Shown: positions 21,359-32,311, numbered from the stretch's first letter. The stretch is 64,000 bases of DNA from an uncultured Alistipes sp. (GCA_944320625.1 CALUIG010000002.1:3803-67802); one strand, 5' to 3'. The notes: generated from the sequence alone by a model not told the origin. Numbers and translations are program-made.

Positions 21359-22468
21359 TTATTTCACGAAACGGTCGGACCACTCCCGCTCGTACGCCCC
21401 GCCCGTCATGCCGACGAAGGTGATGTGTCCCATCTTGCGTTTCGGGCGGCTTTCGCTCTTGCCGTAGATGTGGACGTAGGTGTTCGGATGCTCCTCCCGC
21501 GCCACGGCCCGGGCCGCTTCGAGGTCCTGCCCGAGGATGTTCTTCATCACCGTCGGAGCCACCAGCCGCGGCTCCTGCAACGGCTCGCCGATCAAATAGC
21601 GCACCAGTTCGCGGAACTGGTTGGTCGTACACCCCTCGATCGTATAGTGCCCCGAGTTGTGGGGGCGCGGCGCCATCTCGTTGAAGTAGATCTCTCCGCC
21701 CCGGATGAAGTACTCGATGGCCAGGATCCCTTCGTAGCCGCACTCGCGCATGAAGCCTTCGCTCTGTGCCTTCATCCGGTCGAGCACCTCCTGCGAGGCC
21801 GCCGCCGGAACGATCGAGAGGTCCAGAATGCCGTCGCGGTGGATATTCCGCCCCACGGGGAAGCTCACGACCCGTTCCCGGTCGGCCACCATCACGATAC
21901 TGGCCTCCGAGTCGAACGGAATGAACTCCTCCAGGATGCAGGGAACCGTCAGCAGCGGCAGTGCCCGTTCGATGTCGGCTTCGCTCTTCAGCACCAGCTG
22001 CCCGTGTCCGTCGTAGCCCAGCGTACGGGTCTTCAGCACCGCCGGAAGCCCCAGCTCGCGCACCGCGGCCCGCAGCGACGCTTCATCGTCCACGGCCGCA
22101 AAACCCGGAGTTTGCAGCCCGTGGTCGCGGGCATTCGACTTCTCGCGCAGGCGGTCCTGCGAATCGTAGAGCGGTTTATACCCCTGCGGGATGTTGTATT
22201 TTTCGCACAGCGGGATCAGGATCTCGCCCGGAACATTCTCGAATTCGTAGGTCACCACGTCGCACATGCCGCACAGCCGTTCGAGCGCCGCGGCATCGTC
22301 GTAAGCCGCCACGATATGATCGTCGCAGACCCGGAAGGCCGGAGCATCCGGCGCCGGATCGAGTGCCACGGCCCGCACGCCCAGGCCATGCGCCTGTTCG
22401 GCGATCATCAGCCCCAGCTGTCCCCCTCCGATAATTCCGATCGTCTTCATTTTTCCCGGATTTTCCAT
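21359..22468 (-). CDS. purK: N5-carboxyaminoimidazole ribonucleotide synthase
   Basis: IGIIGGGQLG, TYEFEN, GYDGHGQ, NEMAPRPHNSGH, RKMGH. Alternative starts at 22450 or 22477. Confidence 0.95.
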   Translation of the reverse strand: MENPGKMKTIGIIGGGQLGLMIAEQAHGLGVRAVALDPAPDAPAFRVCDDHIVAAYDDAAALERLCGMCDVVTYEFENVPGEILIPLCEKYNIPQGYKPLYDSQDRLREKSNARDHGLQTPGFAAVDDEASLRAAVRELGLPAVLKTRTLGYDGHGQLVLKSEADIERALPLLTVPCILEEFIPFDSEASIVMVADRERVVSFPVGRNIHRDGILDLSIVPAAASQEVLDRMKAQSEGFMRECGYEGILAIEYFIRGGEIYFNEMAPRPHNSGHYTIEGCTTNQFRELVRYLIGEPLQEPRLVAPTVMKNILGQDLEAARAVAREEHPNTYVHIYGKSESRPKRKMGHITFVGMTGGAYEREWSDRFVK

Positions 22469-22502
22469 ATGGTTCATCTCCTCACGAGCCTTGTGTTCCT
22501 CC

Positions 22503-22547
22503 ATTCCGGCTCCCGGACTCCTTATTCCGGCTCCCGGACTCCTTATT
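22503..22547. repeat. 21-bp tandem duplication (2 copies plus 3 nt) at the purE 3' end
   Basis: ATTCCGGCTCCCGGACTCCTT at 22503-22523 and 22524-22544, followed by ATT. Confidence 0.9.
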
Positions 22548-23019
22548 TCAATTCGGCTTTCAGGACGTCGGCAGTCTGCTTGGCGCGGAAGGCGTCGAGT
22601 TTCGCGGCCAGTGCCTCGTCCTGCAACGCCAGGATCGACACGGCGATCAGCGCGGCATTCTTGGCTCCGTTGATTGCGGTCGTGGCCACGGGAACACCCG
22701 CCGGCATCTGCACGATCGAAAGCAGCGAGTCCAGGCCGTTCAGGGCCCGCGACTTCACCGGAACGCCCACGACCGGCAGCGTCGTCATCGAAGCCACCAT
22801 ACCCGGAAGGTGGGCTGCACCGCCCGCGCCGGCAATGATTACGCCGATCCCGCGCTGTTTCGCGGTCTTGGCATATTCGCACAGCAGGTCCGGCGTACGG
22901 TGGGCGCTGACCACCCGTTTTTCAAACTCCACGCCGAACGATTCGAGCATCGTCACCGCGTCGGACATCACTTCGTAGTCGCTCACCGAGCCCATAATCA
23001 CGCCTACTTTCATAGCCAT
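22543..23019 (-). CDS. purE: N5-CAIR mutase
   Basis: [41 protein letters not shown]. Start 23019 or 23013. Confidence 0.97.
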   Translation of the reverse strand: MAMKVGVIMGSVSDYEVMSDAVTMLESFGVEFEKRVVSAHRTPDLLCEYAKTAKQRGIGVIIAGAGGAAHLPGMVASMTTLPVVGVPVKSRALNGLDSLLSIVQMPAGVPVATTAINGAKNAALIAVSILALQDEALAAKLDAFRAKQTADVLKAELK

Positions 23020-23047
23020 ATCGCATTTACTGGTTTGTTCAGAATCC

Positions 23048-23087
23048 AAAAAAACAGACCGCCACGACATCGCATGTCATGGCGGTC
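23048..23087 (-). terminator. Intrinsic terminator (attenuator) in the pur operon leader
   Basis: Minus strand GACCGCCATGACAT-gcg-ATGTCGTGGCGGTC-TG-T7, located between the promoter and purE. Confidence 0.85.
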
Positions 23088-23093
23088 CGGTAT

Positions 23094-23237
23094 CTATCCG
23101 AGAAGTCCGCAAGCCGACTGTCGTCGCACCAAGGAGCCGGTGCCACGCATCGACTGATACGCCGAAGAATAGAAGGCAGCGGCCTGGACCTGTTGCTGCT
23201 TCCGCTCGCGCCGGTCGATCGTGCAGAGTGAGTTCAT
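23094..23237 (-). CDS. Putative pur operon leader peptide (47 aa)
   Basis: Manual translation MNSLCTIDRRERKQQQVQAAAFYSSAYQSMRGTGSLVRRQSACGLLG*; starts 30 nt after the -7 element and stops 6 nt before the terminator stem. Confidence 0.55.
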   Translation of the reverse strand: MNSLCTIDRRERKQQQVQAAAFYSSAYQSMRGTGSLVRRQSACGLLG

Positions 23238-23267
23238 CGGGATAACCTAACTGTTAAAACATCGTTA

Positions 23268-23298
23268 CAAAAGTAGCGCTTTTCGCCCTACTTTCAAA
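23268..23298 (-). promoter_or_regulatory. pur operon sigma-A promoter
   Basis: TTTG (23295-23298)-N19-TACTTTTG (23268-23275) on the minus strand. Confidence 0.8.
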
Positions 23299-23434
23299 AT
23301 TCCGGGACAGATTATATCGACATTTTATCGACAATCGCCCCGGAACACACGAAACACCCCGGAAACCGCAATGGCCCCGGGGTGAAATCCTTCTCTTCGG
23401 GACGGGCATCCGTCTCCCCTCCCGTCCATCGCCG

Positions 23435-24520
23435 CTATCGAGCCTTCGCCTCGCAGTAGGCACAGCGGCACGTCCCGTCGGGCATCCGGCGGAACAACCG
23501 GTCCACATCCTCCGTCGCCGAAATGCAGCGACGATTCGGACACTCCATCTCGTTGACGATATACTCCTCGCCGAAAACCGGCGTATGGGCAAACGGACGG
23601 TTTTCGTCAGCCCACCGCAGCAGCGTCAGAATCAAAGCCATACGCACGAACTTGCCGTTCTCCACCTGCCGGAAGTAGGCCGCACGAGGATCGTTGTCCA
23701 CCGCCCGCGTGATCTCGTTCACCCGCGGCAGCGGATGCAGGATCGTCATGTCCGCCTTCGCCGTACGCAGCTTCTCGGGATTCAGCACGAAACTGTTCTT
23801 CACCCGGTCGAACTCCTCCTCATCCAGGAAGCGCTCCTTCTGCACGCGCGTCATGTAGAGGATGTCCAGTTCGGGCATCACCTCCTCCATCGTGCGCACC
23901 TCCCGGAACGAAAGTTTCGAATTGGCCTGCATCTCCTGCAGCATGTAGTCCGGCAGACGCAGCTCCTCGGGCGAAATCAGAATCACCTCGATCCCCTCGT
24001 AGCGCGACAACGCCTTGATGAGCGAGTGCACCGTGCGGCCGAACTTCAAATCCCCGCAGAAACCGATCGTCATGTGGTCGAAACGCCCCTTCTCGCGCTT
24101 GATCGTCAAAAGGTCGGTCAGCGTCTGCGTCGGGTGCGAGTGGCTGCCGTCCCCAGCGTTGATCACCGGAACCCCGGCGTACTGCGACGCCACGAGCGGA
24201 GCTCCCTCCTTGAAGTGGCGCATGGCGATGATGTCCGCAAAACAGCGGATCACCCGAACCGTGTCGGCCACCGTCTCGCCCTTCGACACCGACGACGAAT
24301 TGGCGTCCGAAAAGCCGATCACCTGCCCACCCAGTTCGAGCATCGCCGACGTGAAGCTCAACCGCGTGCGCGTCGACGGCTCGTAGAAAAGCGTCGCCAG
24401 CTTCTTGCCCTTGCACGCCTCGCTGTACTTGGCCCGGTTGGCAATGATGTCTTCGGCCAGGGCCACGATCTGCTCGGTCTCCTGTACCGTCAGATCCGTC
24501 GGGTCTATCAGATGTCGCAT
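23435..24520 (-). CDS. pyrB: Aspartate carbamoyltransferase catalytic chain with fused C-terminal PyrI-like zinc domain
   Basis: Start MRHLIDP behind AAGGAGG; [23 protein letters not shown]; tail CPNRRCIS...CRCAYCE. Confidence 0.95.
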   Translation of the reverse strand: MRHLIDPTDLTVQETEQIVALAEDIIANRAKYSEACKGKKLATLFYEPSTRTRLSFTSAMLELGGQVIGFSDANSSSVSKGETVADTVRVIRCFADIIAMRHFKEGAPLVASQYAGVPVINAGDGSHSHPTQTLTDLLTIKREKGRFDHMTIGFCGDLKFGRTVHSLIKALSRYEGIEVILISPEELRLPDYMLQEMQANSKLSFREVRTMEEVMPELDILYMTRVQKERFLDEEEFDRVKNSFVLNPEKLRTAKADMTILHPLPRVNEITRAVDNDPRAAYFRQVENGKFVRMALILTLLRWADENRPFAHTPVFGEEYIVNEMECPNRRCISATEDVDRLFRRMPDGTCRCAYCEAKAR

Positions 24521-24543
24521 CGTATCCTCCTTTTTTATCTTTT

Positions 24544-25176
24544 TTAACGGTTCATCCACGATTCGTCCGACGGATTGTCGCGGAACTTCAGCAGACGCTC
24601 CTTGTCCTCGGGCTTGATATACCCCTCCTCGGCCGCAACCTCCACCAGCGCGTCGAGATTCGAAAGGCTGTAGTTCACGACGTTCGCCTCGCGCAGCCGG
24701 TCCAGGCCCTTCTTCATCCCGTAGGTGAAGATCGAAGCCACACCCAGCACCTCGGCGCCCGCCTCCCGCAGGGCGTTCACCACCTCGATGCACGACCCCG
24801 CCGTCGAGATCAGGTCCTCGATCACCACGACCTTCTGCCCCTTCTCCAGGCGGCCTTCGATCTGGTTGCCGCGTCCGTGGTCCTTCGAGCCCGAACGCAC
24901 GTAACCCATCGGCAGGTTGAGGATCGTCGCCGTGATCGCCGCATGGGCAATTCCGGCCGTCGAGGTGCCCATCAGCACCTCCGCTTCGGGGTATTTCGTG
25001 CGGACGATCTCCGCCAGTCCCGCTTCGACATGTCCCCGGACCTCCGGCGCCGTCAGCGTCAGCCGGTTGTCGCAATAGATCGGGCTCTTGATGCCGCTGG
25101 CCCACGTAAACGGCTGCTCCGGGCGCAGGAACACTGCGCCGATCGACAGCAAATCCTTGGCAATAGCTTTTTCCAT
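24544..25176 (-). CDS. pyrE: Orotate phosphoribosyltransferase
   Basis: [34 protein letters not shown]-binding motif. Confidence 0.96.
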   Translation of the reverse strand: MEKAIAKDLLSIGAVFLRPEQPFTWASGIKSPIYCDNRLTLTAPEVRGHVEAGLAEIVRTKYPEAEVLMGTSTAGIAHAAITATILNLPMGYVRSGSKDHGRGNQIEGRLEKGQKVVVIEDLISTAGSCIEVVNALREAGAEVLGVASIFTYGMKKGLDRLREANVVNYSLSNLDALVEVAAEEGYIKPEDKERLLKFRDNPSDESWMNR

Positions 25177-25293
25177 GTTTTTCGTATGTTGCTTTTTCTG
25201 ATTCCGGTTCATTCGGGGTTCCGGCTGCAGATCCGACCGGCATCGGGTCTCCGGCTTCGCGTCCGGAGGCGCTCCGCAACTCCTCCCCCCTCT

Positions 25294-25554
25294 CTATTCC
25301 AATGCCTGCCGCAGTACCCGTTCCACCTCATCGGGGTAGATGCCGCCCTCGTGGACCTTCACCCCGTCGACGTAGAACGTCGGCACGTAATAATAGTCGT
25401 ACCGGTCGGCCACGGCCGGCTCCTCCGACTCCTCGATCATCTCGATTGCGACCGCTTCCAGCTCCGGATGAGCCGCCTTCGCCTCCTCGATGTAGCGCAG
25501 CGCCTTCTTGCAGAAGGGGCACGACTTCAGGTAGAAAAGTTTGACGGGTTTCAT
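25294..25554 (-). CDS. Glutaredoxin/thioredoxin-like protein
   Basis: 86 aa; CPFC active site; [10 protein letters not shown] cis-Pro motif; own TATCTTTG element at 25561-25568. Confidence 0.85.
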   Translation of the reverse strand: MKPVKLFYLKSCPFCKKALRYIEEAKAAHPELEAVAIEMIEESEEPAVADRYDYYYVPTFYVDGVKVHEGGIYPDEVERVLRQALE

Positions 25555-25621
25555 GCTCTACAAAGATAAAAAGATTTCGGGAATCCCCAATCTCCGGGAA
25601 ACGTTTCTCCGCCCGAAAGAA

Positions 25622-26329
25622 TCACATGCCGCAGAACTCCGACACGCAGCGCCGGTAGGCTGCCACGGGATCCGCCGCCGCCGTGATCGGGCGTCCCACG
25701 ACGATGAAGTCCGAACCGATCTCGCGGGCCCGCGCCGGGGTCGTCACGCGTACCTGGTCGGCCACCTCGCCGTCGGCGAAGCGCACGCCCGGCGTCACGG
25801 TCAGGAAATCCCGTCCGCACGCCTCGTGGACCATCCCCGCTTCGAGCGGCGAACAGACCACACCGTCCAGACCCGCCTCGCGCGTATTCTGCGCATACTT
25901 CACGATCGTGTCGTTGATCGATGCCCCGATCAGCAGTTCCCGTTGCATCCGCTCCTCGCTTGTCGAGGTGAGCTGCGTCACGGCGATCAGCAGCGGCCGC
26001 GTGCCGTCCTCGCGCGTCAGGCCCTCGCGCGCCGCCCGCATCATCTCGATCGTCCCCGCGGCGTGGACGTTGCACATGTCCACGTCCAGGCGCGACAGAA
26101 CCGCCATCGCCTTCTTCACCGTATTGGGAATGTCGTGGAGCTTCAGATCGAGGAAGATCCGGTGTCCCCGGCGCTTGATCTCCCGCACGATCGACGGGCC
26201 CTCGGCATAGTAGAGTTCCATGCCGATCTTCAGAAAGGGTTTGCGCGCCTCCTCCCTGAAAAGGTCGAGGAAGCGGAAGGTATCCGCTGCGGATTTGAAA
26301 TCGCAGGCGATAATGACGTCTCGTTCCAT
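25622..26329 (-). CDS. pyrF: Orotidine-5'-phosphate decarboxylase
   Basis: IIACD, KIGMEL, FLDLKLHDIPNTV, VTPGVR, VVGRPIT. Confidence 0.97.
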   Translation of the reverse strand: MERDVIIACDFKSAADTFRFLDLFREEARKPFLKIGMELYYAEGPSIVREIKRRGHRIFLDLKLHDIPNTVKKAMAVLSRLDVDMCNVHAAGTIEMMRAAREGLTREDGTRPLLIAVTQLTSTSEERMQRELLIGASINDTIVKYAQNTREAGLDGVVCSPLEAGMVHEACGRDFLTVTPGVRFADGEVADQVRVTTPARAREIGSDFIVVGRPITAAADPVAAYRRCVSEFCGM

Positions 26330-26342
26330 ATTTTTCCTGTTG

Positions 26343-27290
26343 CTATGCTATTCCGATTATGTCCGACAGGCGGTCGATGCCCAACCGCCGCATCTCCCCG
26401 GGCAGCGCCTCGACGATCTCCTTCGAGGCGTAGGGGTTCACCAGATTCGCGGCACCCACCTGCACGGCCGTAGCCCCGGCCATCATCATCTCGATCACGT
26501 CGCGCGCCGACTGTACGCCGCCGCACCCCATGACCGGAACCCGGCACGCCCGCGACACCTGGTAGACCATCCGCAGGGCCAGCGGGAAGACCGCAGGACC
26601 CGAAAAACCGCCCATCGTGTTGGCGATCACCGGACGGCGACGCTGAATGTCAATGCGCATACCCAACACCGTATTGATCAAGCAGATGCCGTCGGCTCCC
26701 GCATCCTCGCACGCCCGGGCGATCGAGACGATGTCCGTAACGTTGGGCGAGAGTTTCACGAAGACCGGTTTCGTCGTCACGGCCTTCACCGCACGCGTCA
26801 CCTCCGCGGCCATCTCCGGGCTGTTGCCGAACGACATGCCTCCGTGCCGCACGTTCGGGCACGAGACATTCACCTCGATGATCCCGACCTGCTCCTGTTT
26901 GTCGATCCGTTCGCAGCAGTAGGCGTACTCCTCGACCGAGAAGCCCGAGATGTTGGCGATCACCGGCTTGCGGAAGAAGTGCCGCAGGCGCGGCAGCTCG
27001 TGACGGATCACGGCGTCGATACCCGGATTCTGCAGGCCCACCGAGTTGATCATCCCCGCCGTACACTCCGCGATACGGGGCGTGGGGTTGCCGAAGCGCG
27101 GCTCGCGCGTCGTTCCCTTGAACGAGAACGAACCCAGGATGTTGATGTCGTAAAAGTCCTTGAATTCATAGCCGTAGCCGAACGTCCCGCTGGCCGGAAC
27201 CACCGGATTGTCCAGCCGCAGCCCGCACAGCTCCACCGAAGTGTCCACCTCCGCGACCGATCCTTCGGGCATGATCTGCTTCTCTACCAT
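26343..27290 (-). CDS. pyrD: Dihydroorotate dehydrogenase 1B catalytic subunit
   Basis: ASGTFGYG, NSVGLQNPG, NVSCPNV, KLSPNVTDI; start overlaps the pyrK stop. Confidence 0.95.
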   Translation of the reverse strand: MVEKQIMPEGSVAEVDTSVELCGLRLDNPVVPASGTFGYGYEFKDFYDINILGSFSFKGTTREPRFGNPTPRIAECTAGMINSVGLQNPGIDAVIRHELPRLRHFFRKPVIANISGFSVEEYAYCCERIDKQEQVGIIEVNVSCPNVRHGGMSFGNSPEMAAEVTRAVKAVTTKPVFVKLSPNVTDIVSIARACEDAGADGICLINTVLGMRIDIQRRRPVIANTMGGFSGPAVFPLALRMVYQVSRACRVPVMGCGGVQSARDVIEMMMAGATAVQVGAANLVNPYASKEIVEALPGEMRRLGIDRLSDIIGIA

Positions 27291-28024
27291 ATGATCTCTC
27301 CTTTCTGCAGCACCGGGCCTTCCCGGCAGATGCGTTTGTTGCCGTATTTCGTCTTGCACGTACAGCCCATGCAGGCCCCGAAGCCGCACCCCATGCGCTC
27401 CTCGAACGAGAGCTGACCGTCCTGCTTCACCGCGTTGTAGAGGGCGTGGAGCATCGGGAGCGGTCCGCAGGCGTAGAAGTAGTCGAAATCAAGGCCCGCC
27501 TCGGCGATGGCCGTCGTCACGAAGCCCTCGATGCCCCGCGAACCGTCGACCGTGGCAACCGTCACGTGACAGCCCAGGGCCCGGAACTCCTCCTCGTAGA
27601 AGACCTCCGAAGCCGTGTTGAAGCCCAGCACCACCTCGACCGGCTTCCCCGCGGCAAGCAGCTGCCGCGCCAGGTTGTAGAGCGGCGGAACCCCCACGCC
27701 GCCTCCGACCAACAGCGGCTTGCGCGCATCGTTCTTCGTCGAAAAACCGTTGCCAAGACCCGTCAGCAGGTCCAGTTCCGCACCCGCCTCCAGGCGGCTC
27801 ATCTGCTCCGTACCTTCACCAACCACTTTATAGATCAGTGTAATACGGCCCTCATCCCAGTCACACACCGAGATCGGACGACGCAGATAACGGCCCGCCA
27901 GCGCAATGTTCACGAACTGACCCGGAGCCGTGATCCACTGCGTGTCGCCCGCAAGCGTCATCCGCCACACCGTCTCCGTGAGCCGTTCGTTCCGTTCGAT
28001 CCGATAGATTCCCTTCTTGTACAT
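27284..28024 (-). CDS. pyrK: Dihydroorotate dehydrogenase electron-transfer subunit
   Basis: PGQFV, LRRPIS, GGGVGVPP; 2Fe-2S motif MGCGFGACMGC...ICREGPV. Confidence 0.95.
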   Translation of the reverse strand: MYKKGIYRIERNERLTETVWRMTLAGDTQWITAPGQFVNIALAGRYLRRPISVCDWDEGRITLIYKVVGEGTEQMSRLEAGAELDLLTGLGNGFSTKNDARKPLLVGGGVGVPPLYNLARQLLAAGKPVEVVLGFNTASEVFYEEEFRALGCHVTVATVDGSRGIEGFVTTAIAEAGLDFDYFYACGPLPMLHALYNAVKQDGQLSFEERMGCGFGACMGCTCKTKYGNKRICREGPVLQKGEIIW

Positions 28025-28032
28025 CGCTTTTC

Positions 28033-31000
28033 TTATTTCGCGTCGATCGTCGAAACCCGCAGCGTGATCTCCTCCAGCACGTCCAGCAGCACCTTCACCG
28101 TCTCCAGGGCCGTGAAGACCGTCACGTTGTTCTCCACCGCCGTGCGGCGGATCTCATACCCGTCCAGCCGCGTATTGTGCTGGTTGACGTCGATCGTGTT
28201 GATCACATAGCTGATATGACCCTGGCGCAGGGCATCGATGATCTCGTTGCTCCCTTCGTTCAACTTGCGGCGCGTCCGCGTACGGATGCCGTGTTCGCGC
28301 AGGAACTCCGCCGTACCCGTCGTCGCCTCGATGTTGAAGCCCAGATCGTAGAAACGCTGCACCAGCGGAAGGGCCTGCGGCTTGTCCTGGTCGGCGATCG
28401 TCACGAAGATCGTCCCGTAGTTCGAAACGTGCATGCCCGTCGCCTGCAGCGCCTTGTACAGCGCACGCGTCAACTTGTCGTCGTAACCGATCGCCTCGCC
28501 CGTCGACTTCATCTCCGGCGAGAGGTACGAATCCATACCCCGGATCTTTGCAAACGAGAAGGCCGGCGCCTTCACATACCAGCGCGTCTTCTCCTGTCCG
28601 TACACCTGCGTATAGCCCAGTTCGCGGAGCTTCTTGCCCAGGATCACCTGCGTGGCGATGTGCGCCATCGGAACCCCCGTCGACTTCGACAGGAACGGTA
28701 CCGTACGCGACGAACGCGGATTCACCTCGATCACGTAGACATCGTCTTCGCCCGCCACGATGAACTGGATGTTGTAGAGGCCCACGATGCCAATCCGAAG
28801 GCCCAGTTTCACCGTATAGTCGATGATCTTCTCCTTGGCGGCCTGGCTCACGCTGAATGTCGGGTAGACGCTGATCGAGTCACCCGAGTGGATACCCGTA
28901 TGCTCGACATGCTCCATGATGCCCGGAATGAAGACATCCTTCCCGTCGCAGATCGCGTCGACCTCCAGCTCCTTGCCCATGATGTAGCGGTCGACCAGCA
29001 CCGGCTGGTCCACGTTCACCTCCACGGCCGTCTGCAGGTAGTGGCGCAGCCGCTCCTCGTTCGAGACGATCTGCATGGCCCGGCCGCCCAGCACATAGCT
29101 CGGACGTACCAGAACCGGATAACCGATCCGGGAGGCAGCCTTCACGCCCGCCTCGATGTCCGTCACGGCCTCGGCCTCCGGCTGCGGAATGCCCAACTCC
29201 TCCATGATCCGTTCGAAGCAGCCCCGGTCCTCGGCGTTGCGGATCGCCTCGCAGTCCGTGCCGATAATGGGCACGCCCAGCTGTGCAAGCGGCTCCGCCA
29301 GGTTGATGGCCGTCTGACCGCCCAGCGAAACCACGATCGCCTTCGGCTTTTCGAGGTGGATGACATTCATCACGTCCTCGACCGTCAACGGCTCGAAGTA
29401 GAGCTTGTCACTGGTCGTGTAGTCCGTCGAAACGGTCTCCGGGTTGTTGTTGATGATGATCGCCTCGTAGCCCGCCTCGCGGATCGACCAGATCGCGTGC
29501 ACCGTCGAATAGTCGAACTCGACGCCCTGTCCGATACGGATCGGGCCCGAACCCAGCACGATGATCTTCTTCTTGTCGCTCACCTTCGATTCGTTCTCCT
29601 CCTCGTAGGTCGAGTAGAAGTAGGGCACGTACGACGAGAACTCGCTCGCACACGTGTCGATCATCTTGTAGACCGGGAAAATGTCGTGCTTCTCCCGCAG
29701 ACGGTACATCTCATGCTGCGAAAGACCCCACAACTGACCGATATACTGGTCGCTGAAGCCCATCCGTTTGGCCTCGCGCAGCGTCTCGACATCCATCGGA
29801 TGCGCGCGGACCACCTTCTCGAACTCCACGATATTCTTGAACTTCTCGAGGAAGAACATGTCGATCTTCGTCTTGTCGTAGATCAGCGCCAGGTCCACGC
29901 CTCCGCGGATCAGCTGCGCAATGGCATAAAGCCGGTCGTCGGTGCCGATCTTGATGTAATCCAGCAGGTCGTCGTTCGTCCACGAGTCGAATTTCTTGTG
30001 GTAGATGTGGCAGACGCCCGTCTCCAGCGAACGGACCGCCTTCAACAGCGACTCCTCCATCGTGCGGCCGATCGACATCACCTCGCCCGTGGCCTTCATC
30101 TGCGTGCCGAGTTTGTTCGAGGCGTCCGAGAACTTGTCGAACGGGAAGCGGGCCACCTTCGTCACCACGTAGTCCAGCGTCGGCTCGAACGACGCCGGCG
30201 TATTGGCGATGCGGATCTCGTCGAGGGTCAGACCCACGGCAATCTTCGCACTCACCCGCGCAATCGGATAGCCCGAAGCCTTCGAGGCCAGGGCCGACGA
30301 ACGCGACACGCGCGGATTCACCTCGATCAGGTAGTATTTGAACGACAGCGGGTCCAGGGCGAACTGCACGTTGCAGCCCCCCTCGATCTTCAGGGCCCGG
30401 ATGATCTTCAGCGCCGAGTCGCGCAGCATCTGGAACTCCTTGTTGGTCAGTGTCTGGCTCGGGGCAACGACGATCGAGTCGCCCGTGTGGATACCCACCG
30501 GATCGATATTCTCCATGCAGCAGATGCTGATCGCCGTGTCGTTGTGGTCGCGCATCACCTCGAACTCGATCTCCTTGTAGCCCTTGATGCTCTTTTCGAC
30601 GAGCACCTGGTGAACCGGAGAGAGTGCCAGACCGTTGCGCATCATCTCGCGCAACTGCACCTCATCGTCGGCAAAGCCGCCGCCCGTACCGCCCAGCGTA
30701 AACGCAGGACGCAGGACGACCGGATAGCCGATCCGCGCGGCAACCTCCGCACCCTCCTCGACCGTCGTGGCAATCTCCGAAGGAAGCACCGGCTCGCCCA
30801 GCGATTCGCAAAGCTCCTTGAAGAGTTCCCGGTCCTCGGCCTGCTCGATCGAGTCGAACGACGTGCCCAGGATCTCCACCTGGCACTCCTTCAGAATGCC
30901 CTTCTTGGCCAGCTGCACGGCCAGGTTCAGACCCGTCTGTCCGCCCAGGCCCGGGACGATGGCATCCGGACGCTCGTAGCGGATGATCTTCGCCACGTAC

Positions 31001-31215
31001 TCCAGCGTCAGCGGCTCCATGTAGACCTTGTCCGCAATGTGCGTGTCGGTCATAATGGTCGCCGGGTTCGAGTTCGCAAGGATCACCTCGTAACCCTCCT
31101 CCTTGAGTGCCAGGCACGCCTGCGTGCCCGCATAGTCGAACTCTGCGGCCTGGCCGATCACGATCGGGCCCGACCCGATCACCATCACCTTCTTGATATC
31201 TTTTCTCTTAGGCAT
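28033..31215 (-). CDS. carB: Carbamoyl-phosphate synthase large subunit
   Basis: Start [30 protein letters not shown]; duplicated ATP-grasp domains; C-terminal MGS domain. Confidence 0.97.
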   Translation of the reverse strand: MPKRKDIKKVMVIGSGPIVIGQAAEFDYAGTQACLALKEEGYEVILANSNPATIMTDTHIADKVYMEPLTLEYVAKIIRYERPDAIVPGLGGQTGLNLAVQLAKKGILKECQVEILGTSFDSIEQAEDRELFKELCESLGEPVLPSEIATTVEEGAEVAARIGYPVVLRPAFTLGGTGGGFADDEVQLREMMRNGLALSPVHQVLVEKSIKGYKEIEFEVMRDHNDTAISICCMENIDPVGIHTGDSIVVAPSQTLTNKEFQMLRDSALKIIRALKIEGGCNVQFALDPLSFKYYLIEVNPRVSRSSALASKASGYPIARVSAKIAVGLTLDEIRIANTPASFEPTLDYVVTKVARFPFDKFSDASNKLGTQMKATGEVMSIGRTMEESLLKAVRSLETGVCHIYHKKFDSWTNDDLLDYIKIGTDDRLYAIAQLIRGGVDLALIYDKTKIDMFFLEKFKNIVEFEKVVRAHPMDVETLREAKRMGFSDQYIGQLWGLSQHEMYRLREKHDIFPVYKMIDTCASEFSSYVPYFYSTYEEENESKVSDKKKIIVLGSGPIRIGQGVEFDYSTVHAIWSIREAGYEAIIINNNPETVSTDYTTSDKLYFEPLTVEDVMNVIHLEKPKAIVVSLGGQTAINLAEPLAQLGVPIIGTDCEAIRNAEDRGCFERIMEELGIPQPEAEAVTDIEAGVKAASRIGYPVLVRPSYVLGGRAMQIVSNEERLRHYLQTAVEVNVDQPVLVDRYIMGKELEVDAICDGKDVFIPGIMEHVEHTGIHSGDSISVYPTFSVSQAAKEKIIDYTVKLGLRIGIVGLYNIQFIVAGEDDVYVIEVNPRSSRTVPFLSKSTGVPMAHIATQVILGKKLRELGYTQVYGQEKTRWYVKAPAFSFAKIRGMDSYLSPEMKSTGEAIGYDDKLTRALYKALQATGMHVSNYGTIFVTIADQDKPQALPLVQRFYDLGFNIEATTGTAEFLREHGIRTRTRRKLNEGSNEIIDALRQGHISYVINTIDVNQHNTRLDGYEIRRTAVENNVTVFTALETVKVLLDVLEEITLRVSTIDAK

Positions 31216-32299
31216 GTCTGTACTCCTCCATGATTTTAGTGAACTTATTGAACAGATAGGCGCTGTCCTGAGGACCCGAAGCGCTCTCCGGATGGTATTG
31301 CATCGAGAAGACACCCTCTGCGGCGCACTCCACCCCTTCGGCCGTGCCGTCCAGCAGGTTCACGTGCGTAAGCGTCAGACCCGTGCCCTTCAGCGAGTCA
31401 ATATCCACGGCATAGCTGTGATTCTGACTCGTGATCTCCAGTTTTCCCGTCACCAGGTTCTTCACCGGATGGTTCGCTCCACGGTGTCCGAACTTCATCT
31501 TGAAGGTCTTCGCACCGTAGGCCAGGGAAATCAACTGGTGGCCCATGCAGATTCCGAAAATCGGAAGACGGCCCCGCAGCTGCTTTACCAGTTCAATCAC
31601 CGGCGTCACGTCCGCCGGGTTGCCGGGGCCGTTCGACAGCACGATCCCGTCCGGACGGAAGGCCAGAATCTCCTCCACCGTCGAATTGTACGGCATCACG
31701 ATCACGTTGCATCCCACCCGGTTCAGCAGCCGCACGATGTTGTACTTGATACCGCAGTCGATTGCAACCACGTCGTACTTGTGGTTCGCCACACGCGACA
31801 TCCAGCGTTTCCGGCAGCTCACACGCGCAACCATGTCGTGCGGCATTTCATAGGCATTCAAACGGGCCAGAGCCTCCTCGCGCGGTGTCGCGGCATCGGT
31901 GATGATCACTTTCTGGCAACCCTCGTCGCGGATGATGCGTGTCAGGGCCCGGGTATCCACGCCCGAGATGGCCGGAATGTCGTACTCCTCGAAGACCTCG
32001 TTGAGCGTCTTCGTGTAACGGAAGTTCGACGGGAGGTCGTTGTACTCCCGGACGATCATTCCGCCGATGGTCGGCGTCTTGGTCTCGTAATCCTCGTCCG
32101 CCATCCCGTAGTTGCCGATCAGCGGGTAGGTCATCACCACCATCTGATCCGTGTACGACGGATCGGACATGATCTCCTGATACCCCACCATCGAGGTATT
32201 GAAGACGATCTCGTTGATGGCCTCGCGGTCGGATCCGAACCCGTATCCGTAGAACTCGCGGCCGTTCTCCAAGACAATTTTTTTCGTAAAAGCTTTCAT
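31208..32299 (-). CDS. carA: Carbamoyl-phosphate synthase small subunit
   Basis: [39 protein letters not shown]. Confidence 0.97.
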   Translation of the reverse strand: MKAFTKKIVLENGREFYGYGFGSDREAINEIVFNTSMVGYQEIMSDPSYTDQMVVMTYPLIGNYGMADEDYETKTPTIGGMIVREYNDLPSNFRYTKTLNEVFEEYDIPAISGVDTRALTRIIRDEGCQKVIITDAATPREEALARLNAYEMPHDMVARVSCRKRWMSRVANHKYDVVAIDCGIKYNIVRLLNRVGCNVIVMPYNSTVEEILAFRPDGIVLSNGPGNPADVTPVIELVKQLRGRLPIFGICMGHQLISLAYGAKTFKMKFGHRGANHPVKNLVTGKLEITSQNHSYAVDIDSLKGTGLTLTHVNLLDGTAEGVECAAEGVFSMQYHPESASGPQDSAYLFNKFTKIMEEYRHA

Positions 32300-32311
32300 C
32301 CTTGTCTCCTC

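Noticed and set aside
22478-22882. N-terminal extension of the purK ORF containing IRSPGAG repeats
   Set aside because: Out-of-frame overlap with purE plus the 21-bp duplication, which happens to preserve the frame. Not evidence of a PurE-PurK fusion.
23048-23260. Known riboswitch (purine, ZTP, PRPP/ppGpp, THF) in the pur leader
   Set aside because: Their conserved core sequences were not recognisable by eye, so it is reported as an unknown attenuator. An Rfam scan is still needed.
24521-25279. 614-aa version of pyrB
   Set aside because: The extension overlaps pyrE in another frame; the SD site and homology indicate the start at 24520.
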